64,000 bases of DNA, from the NCBI GenBank assembly GCA_034667545.1, contig JAXDJR010000015.1, forward strand, positions 2,850-66,849, given 5' to 3'. Positions 1 to 8,048 of the stretch are shown here, one piece after another (within the stretch, counting starts at the first letter, position 1; every line of letters starts with the position of its first letter). The notes beneath the pieces were generated by a model. It searched no databases. It was given only the letters and a program-made list of their open reading frames with translations, and had not been told where the DNA came from. The DNA comes from Actinomycetota bacterium. Lineage in GTDB: Bacteria > Actinomycetota > CADDZG01 > WHSQ01. Both the position numbers and the translations under genes were made by a program.

Positions 1-153
1 GTGAACGTCACGGCGAAGGGGCGCAAGGGGTTGCTCCCTTCGATCCTGGATCACGCCGAGGCGGGGGGCTTCACCATTACGGATCTGTCGGCCTCAGAAC
101 CGACACTCGAAACAGTGTTCATCCGGCTGACTGGAAAGGATCTTCGGGAATGA
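1..153 (+). CDS. ABC transporter ATP-binding protein, C-terminal fragment (gene starts upstream of window)
   Basis: Frame 1 is open from the window edge to TGA 151-153. The tail ...GFTITDLSASEPTLETVFIRLTGKDLRE looks like the C-terminal end of DrrA/ABC-2-type ATPases. The stop overlaps the permease ATG (ATGA at 150-153). Confidence 0.7.
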   Translation: MNVTAKGRKGLLPSILDHAEAGGFTITDLSASEPTLETVFIRLTGKDLRE

Positions 154-980
154 TCGAAACGACCGAGCTCGCTTTTCTACGACCCGTAAGACAGGCGTCC
201 ATCACCGCTTTCGGCGCACTCGTCCTTCGCGATCTGGTCGTCCTGCGAAAGGGCTTGGGTGTTTTCGTCATCCGTACGATCATGCAGCCACTTCTCTTCG
301 TTTTCGTCTTCACCTATGTCTTTCCGAAGATCGGTCAGGGCATCGGAGGTGCTAGTGGCGCAGCTCAGTTCTCGAGCCTTCTCGTGCCCGGTGTGGTTGC
401 GATCGCTTGCATCTTTCAGGGCATCCAAGCAGTAGCGCTGCCGTTGGTACAGGAGTTCAGCTACACACGCGAGATCGAGGACCGCGTCATGGCGCCGTTA
501 CCGGTGTGGGCCGTAGCCGCGGAGAAGATAGTGGCCGGCGCGTTGCAAGGCGTGATCGCTGGAGCGATCGTCTTCCCGCTCGCACTGGTGATACCTACGA
601 CCGTGGTTCACCTGAACGTCCGGTGGTTCGAGCTCCTAACCTTTCTTCCACTGGCCGCGATCGTCGGAGCGTCCCTGGGCCTCTCAATTGGCACGCGCGT
701 GAAGCCGCAGCAGGTTCCTCTGTTGTTCAGCATCATCGTTCTGCCCCTCACGTTTCTCGGAGCGACTTATTACCCCTGGGCGAAACTGACACCGATCCTG
801 TGGCTGAAGTATGTGGTTTTGGTGAACCCGCTCGTGTACATGAGTGAGGCCTTCCGTACGGCGCTGACCCCACAGATCCCGCACATGCCCACAGGGGTTA
901 TCTACCTTGCGCTGGTCCTGTTCTGCGTCGGCCTGACCTGGCTAGGCGTCGATGGATTCAAGCGCAGAGTGCTCGCCTAG
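150..980 (+). CDS. ABC-2 type transporter permease
   Basis: 276-aa polytopic membrane protein of typical ABC-2 permease size and layout, translationally coupled to the upstream ATPase fragment. Confidence 0.85.
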   Translation: MIETTELAFLRPVRQASITAFGALVLRDLVVLRKGLGVFVIRTIMQPLLFVFVFTYVFPKIGQGIGGASGAAQFSSLLVPGVVAIACIFQGIQAVALPLVQEFSYTREIEDRVMAPLPVWAVAAEKIVAGALQGVIAGAIVFPLALVIPTTVVHLNVRWFELLTFLPLAAIVGASLGLSIGTRVKPQQVPLLFSIIVLPLTFLGATYYPWAKLTPILWLKYVVLVNPLVYMSEAFRTALTPQIPHMPTGVIYLALVLFCVGLTWLGVDGFKRRVLA

Positions 981-987
981 CTGATAC

Positions 988-1464
988 TCAGGAGTCTTCT
1001 TTCCGGCGCCGGCCGGTCGCCTTAGACCGGAGCTTTTCAAGCACGCCCGGGGGATTGACCCCACCGATAAGGCCTAGAGCTTCCACATCGCCAGAGCGCA
1101 AAGTGACAACATCCGTGATCAGATCGCCGCGTTCGGTGAGGACTTCATTGATGTATTCGCTGACCCACTCCGCCTCCGAGGACAGCTGCGAAAGCTCATT
1201 GAGATCGATAACCAATTGCTCTCTACCCTCAGGATTCACCTGCTCGAGCACCGCGGCCAACATCCTGTCCGGAGGAGTCGCATAGAAGGCAGCCAGCAGA
1301 CAGAATCGATCTAGGGAGATGGAACGCTCTCCCCTCTCGTATCCGCCTACAGAAGACGGTTTGAACCGACCCGCAGAGCGCATCCAGACATCATCGAGAG
1401 TCAGCCCGCGCTCGAGGCGCGCTTTCCGCAGGATCTGACCAACAGCCTGTGCGAAGGTTTGCAT
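988..1464 (-). CDS. XRE-family helix-turn-helix transcriptional regulator
   Basis: N-terminal HTH_3-like segment (GQILRKARLERGLTLDDV...GGYERGERSISLDRFCLLAAFY) followed by an acidic C-terminal domain. Confidence 0.8.
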   Translation of the reverse strand: MQTFAQAVGQILRKARLERGLTLDDVWMRSAGRFKPSSVGGYERGERSISLDRFCLLAAFYATPPDRMLAAVLEQVNPEGREQLVIDLNELSQLSSEAEWVSEYINEVLTERGDLITDVVTLRSGDVEALGLIGGVNPPGVLEKLRSKATGRRRKEDS

Positions 1465-1659
1465 CGTTCTCTTCCTGTCGATGTCAGAAGAGATTATCGA
1501 GGGCTGGCCCGCAGAACCACGACAAACAGCCGTAGCTTGGGTACGGCTAAGGGCAGCCTAGAAGACCGCTCTCCGCGTTAGTCAATCTCGAAATACCCGT
1601 TCTTTTGGCCCGGCCACGGCCTCGCTCCCCGATACACTGGGTGCTCCGAACGTCGATCA

Positions 1660-3252
1660 TTGTTGGAAAGAGGTTGGCGAGAGCCGATGAGCCCCCCACA
1701 GAAGATCGATCTCAGCGGAACCAGGTTCGGAGCGCCGGCCCGGATAAGAGAAGCCCTGAGGATAGTCACTCGATCCGTGAAACCAATCGTCGGTCCGGAA
1801 GGCAAGGTGCGGCTGTTTCTCCTGCCAGAGCGGGGAAGCCGGCCGATCCTCGCGGTCTCCGAGTCCAGCGAAGGCCTGCGCAAGGCTGTGGCGACGCGCT
1901 CATCAGCCTTGTCTAACCTCAAGCCAGTACGGGTGCATCTCGACCAGGTTTCTGGACGCACGGTGGCGGTACTCCCTCTCATCTCTCGAAGCGAGGCTCT
2001 CGGCGTGTTGGAAGTCGTTGGGCCTTCTGCAGCTGTCGACTCTTCGTGGAAGAGCTTGAGAGCCGTTGCCGACGAAGCGGGCCTGATCCTCAGGATGTTG
2101 CAAGAGGCGTCATCGTTGAGAACCCAGACCGAGTCGTCGCGCATGCTCGCAGACCTGGCTCGTGACCTCGTTAGAGCGAGATCCATCAGCGAGGCGGTTG
2201 AGGATGTAGCTCGGAGCATCTTTGAGAGATATCGAGTCCCCGTTGTGTCGTGGGCAGTACGAGCGGATCTGACCCGCCTCACCTTCCTATCCGCCCATGG
2301 CCTCTCATCTCCGGCATCGAACCGTCTCCAGACTGAGATGCGGATCATCAAGAGACTCAGTGCGACGGGACCCCAAGCGAAGGCTCAACTGCTGGATTCG
2401 ATCGCAGAGAGCGCCGGCATCGCCCGAACGTCGATGATCGACGGCCGTGACGCCCTCATCGTCATCGCAGCACAGTCATCGGAGATCGCAGCGACCGTGG
2501 CGCTGATTCAACCCCTGCTCAGGGATGTCCTTCGTCGCCTGGGGATCCTGGCACAAGCGGATCTCCACCACGAGCGCCTCGACCTTGGGATCTCGTGGAC
2601 GGCCCATGAGTTGAGAGGCCCCCTCACAGGAACGCGCGCGGTCATCGACCTCCTTCTTCAAACCGCCGACGAAGAAAGCCGGACCCAGCATCTGCTCAAA
2701 CGGTCGAGGGAGGACCTCGACAGGATGTCGGCTCTCGTCGATGGAGCATTAAGGGTGACGATGGCCGACGAGTCTGTGGCTCACCGCCCAACTCCCCTGA
2801 TGCGAGTCGTGCGAGATGCCATCAACATCTGTCGAGCGGAACGCTCGACCACCGAGATCCTGCTGCGGAGCGAGGCGGAGGTCGTGCTTCAAGCCGACGC
2901 TCCACAGCTAACTGGGGCCATAGCGAACGTGGTTCGCAACTCTCTGTGGCACGCTCCTCCGGGCTCCTCGGTGGAGATCGACGTGGTCGTTCGAGGCGCC
3001 AACGTTCAACTCCGGGTGACCGACCAGGGACCTCGTGTGTCGGGGGTAGACAAAGAGATGATCTTCGATCCCTTCGGTCGGGGCGAATCCCCACGAGCGG
3101 TGGGGCGTGGCAAGGGCCTGGGACTATTCATCGCACGCCGGGTCATAGAGGGTCATGGTGGGACAATCAAGGTTGGCTCCAGCTCGTCAGGGGCCATGTT
3201 CGTGATTGACCTACCAGTAGCCGAAGAGAGGAGACAGGCATCCGCGTCCTGA
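1660..3252 (+). CDS. Cytoplasmic sensor histidine kinase with GAF-like N-terminal region
   Basis: H-box WTAHELRGPLTG, N-box VVRNSLWHAPPGS, G-boxes DQGPRV and GKGLGLFIARRVIEGHGGTI. No clear TM segments. Start is uncertain (TTG 1660 or ATG 1687). Confidence 0.85.
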   Translation: MLERGWREPMSPPQKIDLSGTRFGAPARIREALRIVTRSVKPIVGPEGKVRLFLLPERGSRPILAVSESSEGLRKAVATRSSALSNLKPVRVHLDQVSGRTVAVLPLISRSEALGVLEVVGPSAAVDSSWKSLRAVADEAGLILRMLQEASSLRTQTESSRMLADLARDLVRARSISEAVEDVARSIFERYRVPVVSWAVRADLTRLTFLSAHGLSSPASNRLQTEMRIIKRLSATGPQAKAQLLDSIAESAGIARTSMIDGRDALIVIAAQSSEIAATVALIQPLLRDVLRRLGILAQADLHHERLDLGISWTAHELRGPLTGTRAVIDLLLQTADEESRTQHLLKRSREDLDRMSALVDGALRVTMADESVAHRPTPLMRVVRDAINICRAERSTTEILLRSEAEVVLQADAPQLTGAIANVVRNSLWHAPPGSSVEIDVVVRGANVQLRVTDQGPRVSGVDKEMIFDPFGRGESPRAVGRGKGLGLFIARRVIEGHGGTIKVGSSSSGAMFVIDLPVAEERRQASAS

Positions 3253-3269
3253 TCGTCGACGATCACAAA

Positions 3270-3884
3270 TTGTTCGCTGAAGCGATCCGCTCGAGTCTCG
3301 AAGCCCTGGGGATGGAAATCCTGGAGCTAACGCAAACCGGGGAAGAAGCGGTCGCTGCAGCACATCAGCAGCCAGACCTCGTGTTGGTAGACCTTGGTTT
3401 GCCGGATATGCACGGGGTGGAGGTTGGCAAGGCGATCCTTGCCCAATGCCCTTCTGCCACAGTGCTGGCCGTGACATCGATCATGGATCCTGCCGTGGTT
3501 CGGGAAGTTATGCGCGCGGGCTTTCATGGTTACCTCACCAAGAACACCCCGCTCGATCAATTCATCAAGTCGATCGAAGCCGCTCTCTCGGGGCAGATGG
3601 TCATCCCCCAACATCTCGCAAGCAGGGCCGCCGGACAGCGAACCAAGGAGCAGCAGGAAACCGACCTATTGGTCCGGCAGCTGACCCCTCGCGAGCTCGA
3701 GATCCTGACGTTGTTGGCTCAGGGCAAGTCGGGGGGAACGATGGCATCGGAGCTTTCGATAAGCGCGAACACCATCCGAAGCCATATCCAGAACATCCTC
3801 ACGAAGCTGCAGGTCCATTCCCGACTCGAGGCGGCCACCTTCGCAGTCAAGCACGGGATCGTGCAGGTAGAGGGGACGGGTTAA
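3270..3884 (+). CDS. LuxR/NarL-family response regulator (receiver homology extends upstream to ~3240, see findings)
   Basis: Receiver domain (DLVLVDLGLPDMHG, phospho-acceptor Asp) plus a C-terminal LuxR HTH (LTPRELEILTLLAQGKSGGTMASELSISANTIRSHIQNILTKL). The first canonical start is TTG 3270, but the in-frame IRVLIVDDH lies upstream of it. Confidence 0.85.
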   Translation: MFAEAIRSSLEALGMEILELTQTGEEAVAAAHQQPDLVLVDLGLPDMHGVEVGKAILAQCPSATVLAVTSIMDPAVVREVMRAGFHGYLTKNTPLDQFIKSIEAALSGQMVIPQHLASRAAGQRTKEQQETDLLVRQLTPRELEILTLLAQGKSGGTMASELSISANTIRSHIQNILTKLQVHSRLEAATFAVKHGIVQVEGTG

Positions 3885-3940
3885 CTCCGCGGGCTCTGCC
3901 CGGGCTCGCCTTTAGGAATGAGGCTGGCCCCCAAATGACT

Positions 3941-3968
3941 TCGGGCCGCCCCCAGGGGAGCGGCCCGA
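3941..3968. terminator. GC-rich hairpin between convergent genes (putative bidirectional terminator)
   Basis: TCGGGCCGC (3941-3949) pairs with GCGGCCCGA (3960-3968) around a 10-nt loop. It sits between the regulator stop and the LPXTG gene stop. Confidence 0.4.
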
Positions 3969-3991
3969 CAGATCAGAAGTTGAGAAGCTTC

Positions 3992-4297
3992 CTACGAAGA
4001 GATACTTCCTGGCCTCGACTTACGGAAGAGAGTCAGTCCAGCTCCGAAGGTCAGTAAACCGATCCCAAGAAACAGGATGACGTCCGCACCCGTGAAGGGC
4101 AGTGTGCCGGCTGGAGCCTGGTGGATGGAAGCAGCGTGCACAACCGGACCTGCCGGCGGTCGGTTCAGCTTCTTACCCTTGACGATTGGGGGCCCTGCTG
4201 GCTTGGAGCCCGCGGCATACGAGACGCCCACCATGGAGGCGAGAGCTAACAGGACGCCCGCCACCACCAAGATACTTTTGAAACGGCCCAAGGCCAT
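3992..4297 (-). CDS. Small secreted LPXTG cell-wall-anchored protein (101 aa)
   Basis: ATG at 4297 is preceded by AGGAGG (4305-4310 on the complement). N-terminal signal/TM segment is MALGRFKSILVVAGVLLALASMVGVSYA. The C-terminal sorting signal is LPFTG + hydrophobic stretch + RKSR tail. Confidence 0.7.
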   Translation of the reverse strand: MALGRFKSILVVAGVLLALASMVGVSYAAGSKPAGPPIVKGKKLNRPPAGPVVHAASIHQAPAGTLPFTGADVILFLGIGLLTFGAGLTLFRKSRPGSISS

Positions 4298-4480
4298 GAC
4301 GGTTCCTCCTCTATAACGGCTATTAGTCACAGGATGGGGCCACTGGACCACCCCTGCCTGCGCGTTTGAGCGTATCTTGCCACTTGACGGGCATGAGGCC
4401 ATGACATTTCCCCATATATTCGGTGCTTGCTTGCCTGTTTTGTCAGGAGATGACCCAACCGGCGCCCGGAGGGGCAGTTT

Positions 4481-5563
4481 TCAGCCGCCTCCCAGTTCGA
4501 CCAGCTGACGGCGCCACACCGCCGTTACGTTTCCCCAGGACATGTCTGAGTTGACGATGGCAGACCCTCTCTCCGACACCGCCGGCGCCTCCGAGGACAC
4601 CAGCCGATCCAGGCCCGCCGCGAGGCTTGCCGGAGAAGGATCGGAGAGAAACGCTCCTCCCTTCGAGGCCAGGTAACGTCCCAGAGGATAGGTCGTGGTC
4701 AGGGTGGGAACGCCAACCGAAACCGCTTCCGCCACCGAGTTGCCAAAACCCTCCCAGCGGGAGGGGTAGACAAAGCCGCTGGCAGCAGCGAGCAGGTCCC
4801 ACTTCTCCCTTCCGTACACCGGCGCTTCGATGGTGACCTCGGCCCCCAAACCGAGTCTGCCGATGAGGGCCGCGACGGCTTTCTTTCGCCCTCGCCAGTC
4901 GGGGCCGACCAGCCGCAGGATCGGCCGTGACCCCGGTCCCATCTGGGCGACGCCATGCAGGAGGAGATCAAGGCCCTTGTGCTCGGGGTCGAAACGGCCC
5001 ATCCACAGGACGTATCCGCCGCTCCCCCCATCCCAGCGCACGCCTTCGGGGGGCTCGACACCATTGGGGGCCACCAGCCACGGGCCGGTGTAGCCCAAGT
5101 TCTGCATGTCGTCGCGTTCTGAATCGAAGAACAGGTGCATCGCGCGAGCGCCTTGAACCAGGCTTCTTTCGAAAGCGACCCACCAGGCAAGCTTGAAAAG
5201 CCTCTTCCGGCGAACGATGTGGGGGTCGTAAGCACCACGCGGAGCCAGAATGTAAGGGACGTTCGCGCGTCTGGCGACCGCCCCAGCGGCGACATTGTGA
5301 ACGACCCAGGCGGAATGAAAGATGGCAAGGTCGGCTCCCTCGAAGACCTCGCGCAGCTTCAGTGGAACTCTTGCCCTCCGAACGCCGACATGATCTATCT
5401 GCTCCCAGACGACTGCGGGGTCCCGATCTCTGCTGTCACCCTCGCCAAATGCGATGGACACCTCGAGGCCAGAAGTCGCCAGGCCATGGGCCAAACGGCG
5501 CACGGCGCCGGTCATGCCCCCGTCGCCGACAACTGCGCGGGGGTAGTAGAAGACGATCCTCAT
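4481..5563 (-). CDS. Glycosyltransferase family 4 (GT-B)
   Basis: C-terminal Glycos_transf_1-like region with an EX7E-type motif (YPSRWEGFGNSVAEAVSVGVP). Confidence 0.9.
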   Translation of the reverse strand: MRIVFYYPRAVVGDGGMTGAVRRLAHGLATSGLEVSIAFGEGDSRDRDPAVVWEQIDHVGVRRARVPLKLREVFEGADLAIFHSAWVVHNVAAGAVARRANVPYILAPRGAYDPHIVRRKRLFKLAWWVAFERSLVQGARAMHLFFDSERDDMQNLGYTGPWLVAPNGVEPPEGVRWDGGSGGYVLWMGRFDPEHKGLDLLLHGVAQMGPGSRPILRLVGPDWRGRKKAVAALIGRLGLGAEVTIEAPVYGREKWDLLAAASGFVYPSRWEGFGNSVAEAVSVGVPTLTTTYPLGRYLASKGGAFLSDPSPASLAAGLDRLVSSEAPAVSERGSAIVNSDMSWGNVTAVWRRQLVELGGG

Positions 5564-5603
5564 ATCGCCGCTGCCCTCACCAGTGAAGGCTACCGGCAGG
5601 AAG

Positions 5604-6602
5604 CTACGAGGCGGCGCCCACCGGCGAGGCGCTGATGCGTCCGGCCTTCTCGAGTTCTGATTCGATGAATCTGTAGGTAGATCTCAGACCTTCTTCGAGA
5701 GAGACTGCGGGCTTCCACGCCAGAATCTCCCACAGCTTTGAGTTGTCGCTGTTCCGACCACGCACGCCTTGCGGCTTCGAAACATCGTGGCGCTTCTCGA
5801 TCGTCTTTCCCGCAATCTTGGCCACCATGTCCACCAGGCGGTCCACGCTCACGAGCTCGTCGGTTCCGAGGTTCAGCGGCTGCGAGTGATCCGACTGCAT
5901 CAGCCGAAAGATCCCTTCCACGCAGTCGTTCACGTGCATGAAGGATCTGGTTTGGAGGCCGTCACCCCACACCTCGATCTCTCCTCCGTCCACGGTTAAC
6001 GCCACCTTCCTGCAGATGGCCGCGGGGGCTTTCTCCCTGCCCCCTTCGTAGGTGCCGAGGGGGCCGTAGATGTTGTGGAATCGAGCGACGCGGGTGTCGA
6101 TCTTCCCTTCTTCGGTGTAGTACTGACACAGCTTCTCGGCGTAGAGCTTCTCCCAGCCGTAACCCTCTTCGGGGTCAGCCGGATAAGCATCGTCCTCCTT
6201 GAGTGGCTTTACATCGGGACTCGTTTGCAGATACATCGGATAGATGCATGCCGACGAAGAATAGAAGTGCCTGTCTGCACCGCTGACCCGGGCCGCCTCC
6301 AGCATGTGGGCGTTTATCAGGACGTTATTGCGAGCCACTTCGGCGTGGTTGGCCGTGATGTAGCCGATACCACCCATGTCGGCGGCCAACTGATAAACCT
6401 CGTGGACGTCGTTCGTGGCCTCGAGACAATTGTCATATTCCCTCAAGTCCAGCAGCAGGAACTCGTCAGCCGCCGTGGGTTCGTACTCCGCCTCTTTGAT
6501 GTCAACGCCTCGGACCCAATAGTCCCGGTCTTTGAGGTAATTGACCATGTGATGGCCGATGAACCCACCGGCTCCTGCCACCACTGCTCTTCGCTGACTC
6601 AT
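5604..6602 (-). CDS. GDP-mannose 3,5-epimerase-like NAD-dependent epimerase
   Basis: GAGGFIG Rossmann motif plus blocks I recognise from plant/bacterial GME: LAADMGGIGYI, SSSACIYP, RFHNIYGPLGTYEGGREKAPAAICRK, WGDGLQTRSF, GVRGRNSDN. Good RBS (GCAGGAGG) upstream of ATG 6602. Confidence 0.85.
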   Translation of the reverse strand: MSQRRAVVAGAGGFIGHHMVNYLKDRDYWVRGVDIKEAEYEPTAADEFLLLDLREYDNCLEATNDVHEVYQLAADMGGIGYITANHAEVARNNVLINAHMLEAARVSGADRHFYSSSACIYPMYLQTSPDVKPLKEDDAYPADPEEGYGWEKLYAEKLCQYYTEEGKIDTRVARFHNIYGPLGTYEGGREKAPAAICRKVALTVDGGEIEVWGDGLQTRSFMHVNDCVEGIFRLMQSDHSQPLNLGTDELVSVDRLVDMVAKIAGKTIEKRHDVSKPQGVRGRNSDNSKLWEILAWKPAVSLEEGLRSTYRFIESELEKAGRISASPVGAAS

Positions 6603-6647
6603 GCCTTGGAACCTCCTGCGCTTGGAATTTCGGAAAGCCTTACCCAG

Positions 6648-6803
6648 TTACTTCGGATGAAGTCCGGGATGGGTAAAGCCACAACCGTGAGTTTCTATCG
6701 TTGCCTCTGCGTACAGGGTGCCACAGGGCGCGGTCATGGCAATCAACCATCCACCGTAGGTCCCTGTCACCATCCGCAGGAGGCGTCCGTCTGCTGCGCT
6801 CAT
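6648..6803 (-). CDS. Possible 51-aa coupled small ORF (hypothetical)
   Basis: Its ATG overlaps the TGA of the upstream GT4 gene (ATGA, 6800-6803). It fills most of the otherwise unexplained 197-nt GT4-to-epimerase gap. Third-position GC is only moderate and I recognise no homology. Confidence 0.3.
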   Translation of the reverse strand: MSAADGRLLRMVTGTYGGWLIAMTAPCGTLYAEATIETHGCGFTHPGLHPK

Positions 6804-7963
6804 CGGTTCGTTGTTGGTCCGCCGACGACCTTCGAGTAGACGGCCTCCAGGCGTCGCAGATGGGCCTCCGGGGTGAACTCGGCAGCTGCTCTCTCGAGCG
6901 CCGCAGAACCTGCTTCGAAGCAGAGCCGGTCGTCGGTAGCAAGCGCCTTCATCTTGGCAGCGAGGTCGTGAGGATCGCCGCGCCGGCACATGAATCCCTC
7001 GCCGGAAGAGACCAGTTCCGGCAGACCGCCGCCTTCCGTGACCAGAAGCGGTCGTCCGGCGGCCAAAGCTTCAAGGGCGGCGAGGGGAGCATTTTCGTCC
7101 CACAACGAAGGAAGGACGAAAAAGCGTGATCCCTGAAGCTCCGCCGCAACCTGGTCCCCGGCTAGCTGCCCGAGAAAGTTGGCATTCTGCAGGCCCCTTT
7201 CGGCGGCGAGGTCTTCCAAGGCGGGCAGCGCCGGTCCGTCGCCGCAGATATGAAAGGGAGGGTCCCCGGCCAGGCTTAGGGCCTCCAGCAGGACGTCGAC
7301 GCCTTTCTCGCTCGAAAGCCGACCGAGATAGATCCCGTAGGCGCCCGGCACGGCGCTTCCCGCATGATGATCGGTGAAGTTACGGACCACATCAACGCGT
7401 GATCCATCGAATCCCCAACTGATCATTCGATCGTGCATGAACTGGCTCGGAGTTATGTAGGCCGCCACCTTGTCATCGGTGTGAAACATGAATCGGTGGA
7501 CCCAGAGTGACGAGGCGTAACTCGCTGCCTGCTTTCCGTCGGAAAAGCAATGATGCAGAACCGCGTTCGAGTAGTTGCCTCCTTCGCAGCGATGGCAAAG
7601 CTTGCCTTCGGTGAACATGTAACCGTTGGGGCATCTCAACCTGCAGTTATGTACGGTCATCACCAGCGGGATACCAGCGCGTTGCGCCTCCAGATGCACG
7701 GCAGGGCCGAGGGCCGGGTACGCGTTGTGGAGATGGATGACGTCGGGGCGGAAGGATCGAATGACCCTCCGCAGATCCCCTCTGTCGTGAGAAGACGAAG
7801 CCGTCATGAGGACCGCCGTCGAAAGCCCCCCACCCAGCTCCTCGTTACGGCGACTGAACAGCTCGACCGCGTGCTTCCCCTTTAAGAGCTGGATCTGCTG
7901 CCCGACGTACCTATCCTCGCCGCCCGGCAAACGGTAGAAGCTGTGGGCTATCAAGACTCTCAC
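6800..7963 (-). CDS. Glycosyltransferase family 4 (GT-B) with Cys4 insertion
   Basis: RLSSEKGVDVLLEAL...GDGP...LPSLWDENAPLAALEALAAGRPLL is a typical Glycos_transf_1 region. The N-domain carries CX3CX11CX2C. Confidence 0.9.
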   Translation of the reverse strand: MRVLIAHSFYRLPGGEDRYVGQQIQLLKGKHAVELFSRRNEELGGGLSTAVLMTASSSHDRGDLRRVIRSFRPDVIHLHNAYPALGPAVHLEAQRAGIPLVMTVHNCRLRCPNGYMFTEGKLCHRCEGGNYSNAVLHHCFSDGKQAASYASSLWVHRFMFHTDDKVAAYITPSQFMHDRMISWGFDGSRVDVVRNFTDHHAGSAVPGAYGIYLGRLSSEKGVDVLLEALSLAGDPPFHICGDGPALPALEDLAAERGLQNANFLGQLAGDQVAAELQGSRFFVLPSLWDENAPLAALEALAAGRPLLVTEGGGLPELVSSGEGFMCRRGDPHDLAAKMKALATDDRLCFEAGSAALERAAAEFTPEAHLRRLEAVYSKVVGGPTTNR

Positions 7964-8048
7964 CGGTAGCTCACCAGCCTGATCGGCACGAGAGAAAGCC
8001 TGGATCGGTGGAGGAACCTAAGAGCTGAGAGCCGAAGCCCGATGTGAC

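Noticed and set aside
6804-6989. Longer 113-aa version of the small ORF 6648-6989, and the parallel 100-aa ORF 6640-6942
   Set aside because: The upstream parts lie inside the GT4 coding region in other frames. Only the portion starting at the ATGA junction is a plausible independent gene.
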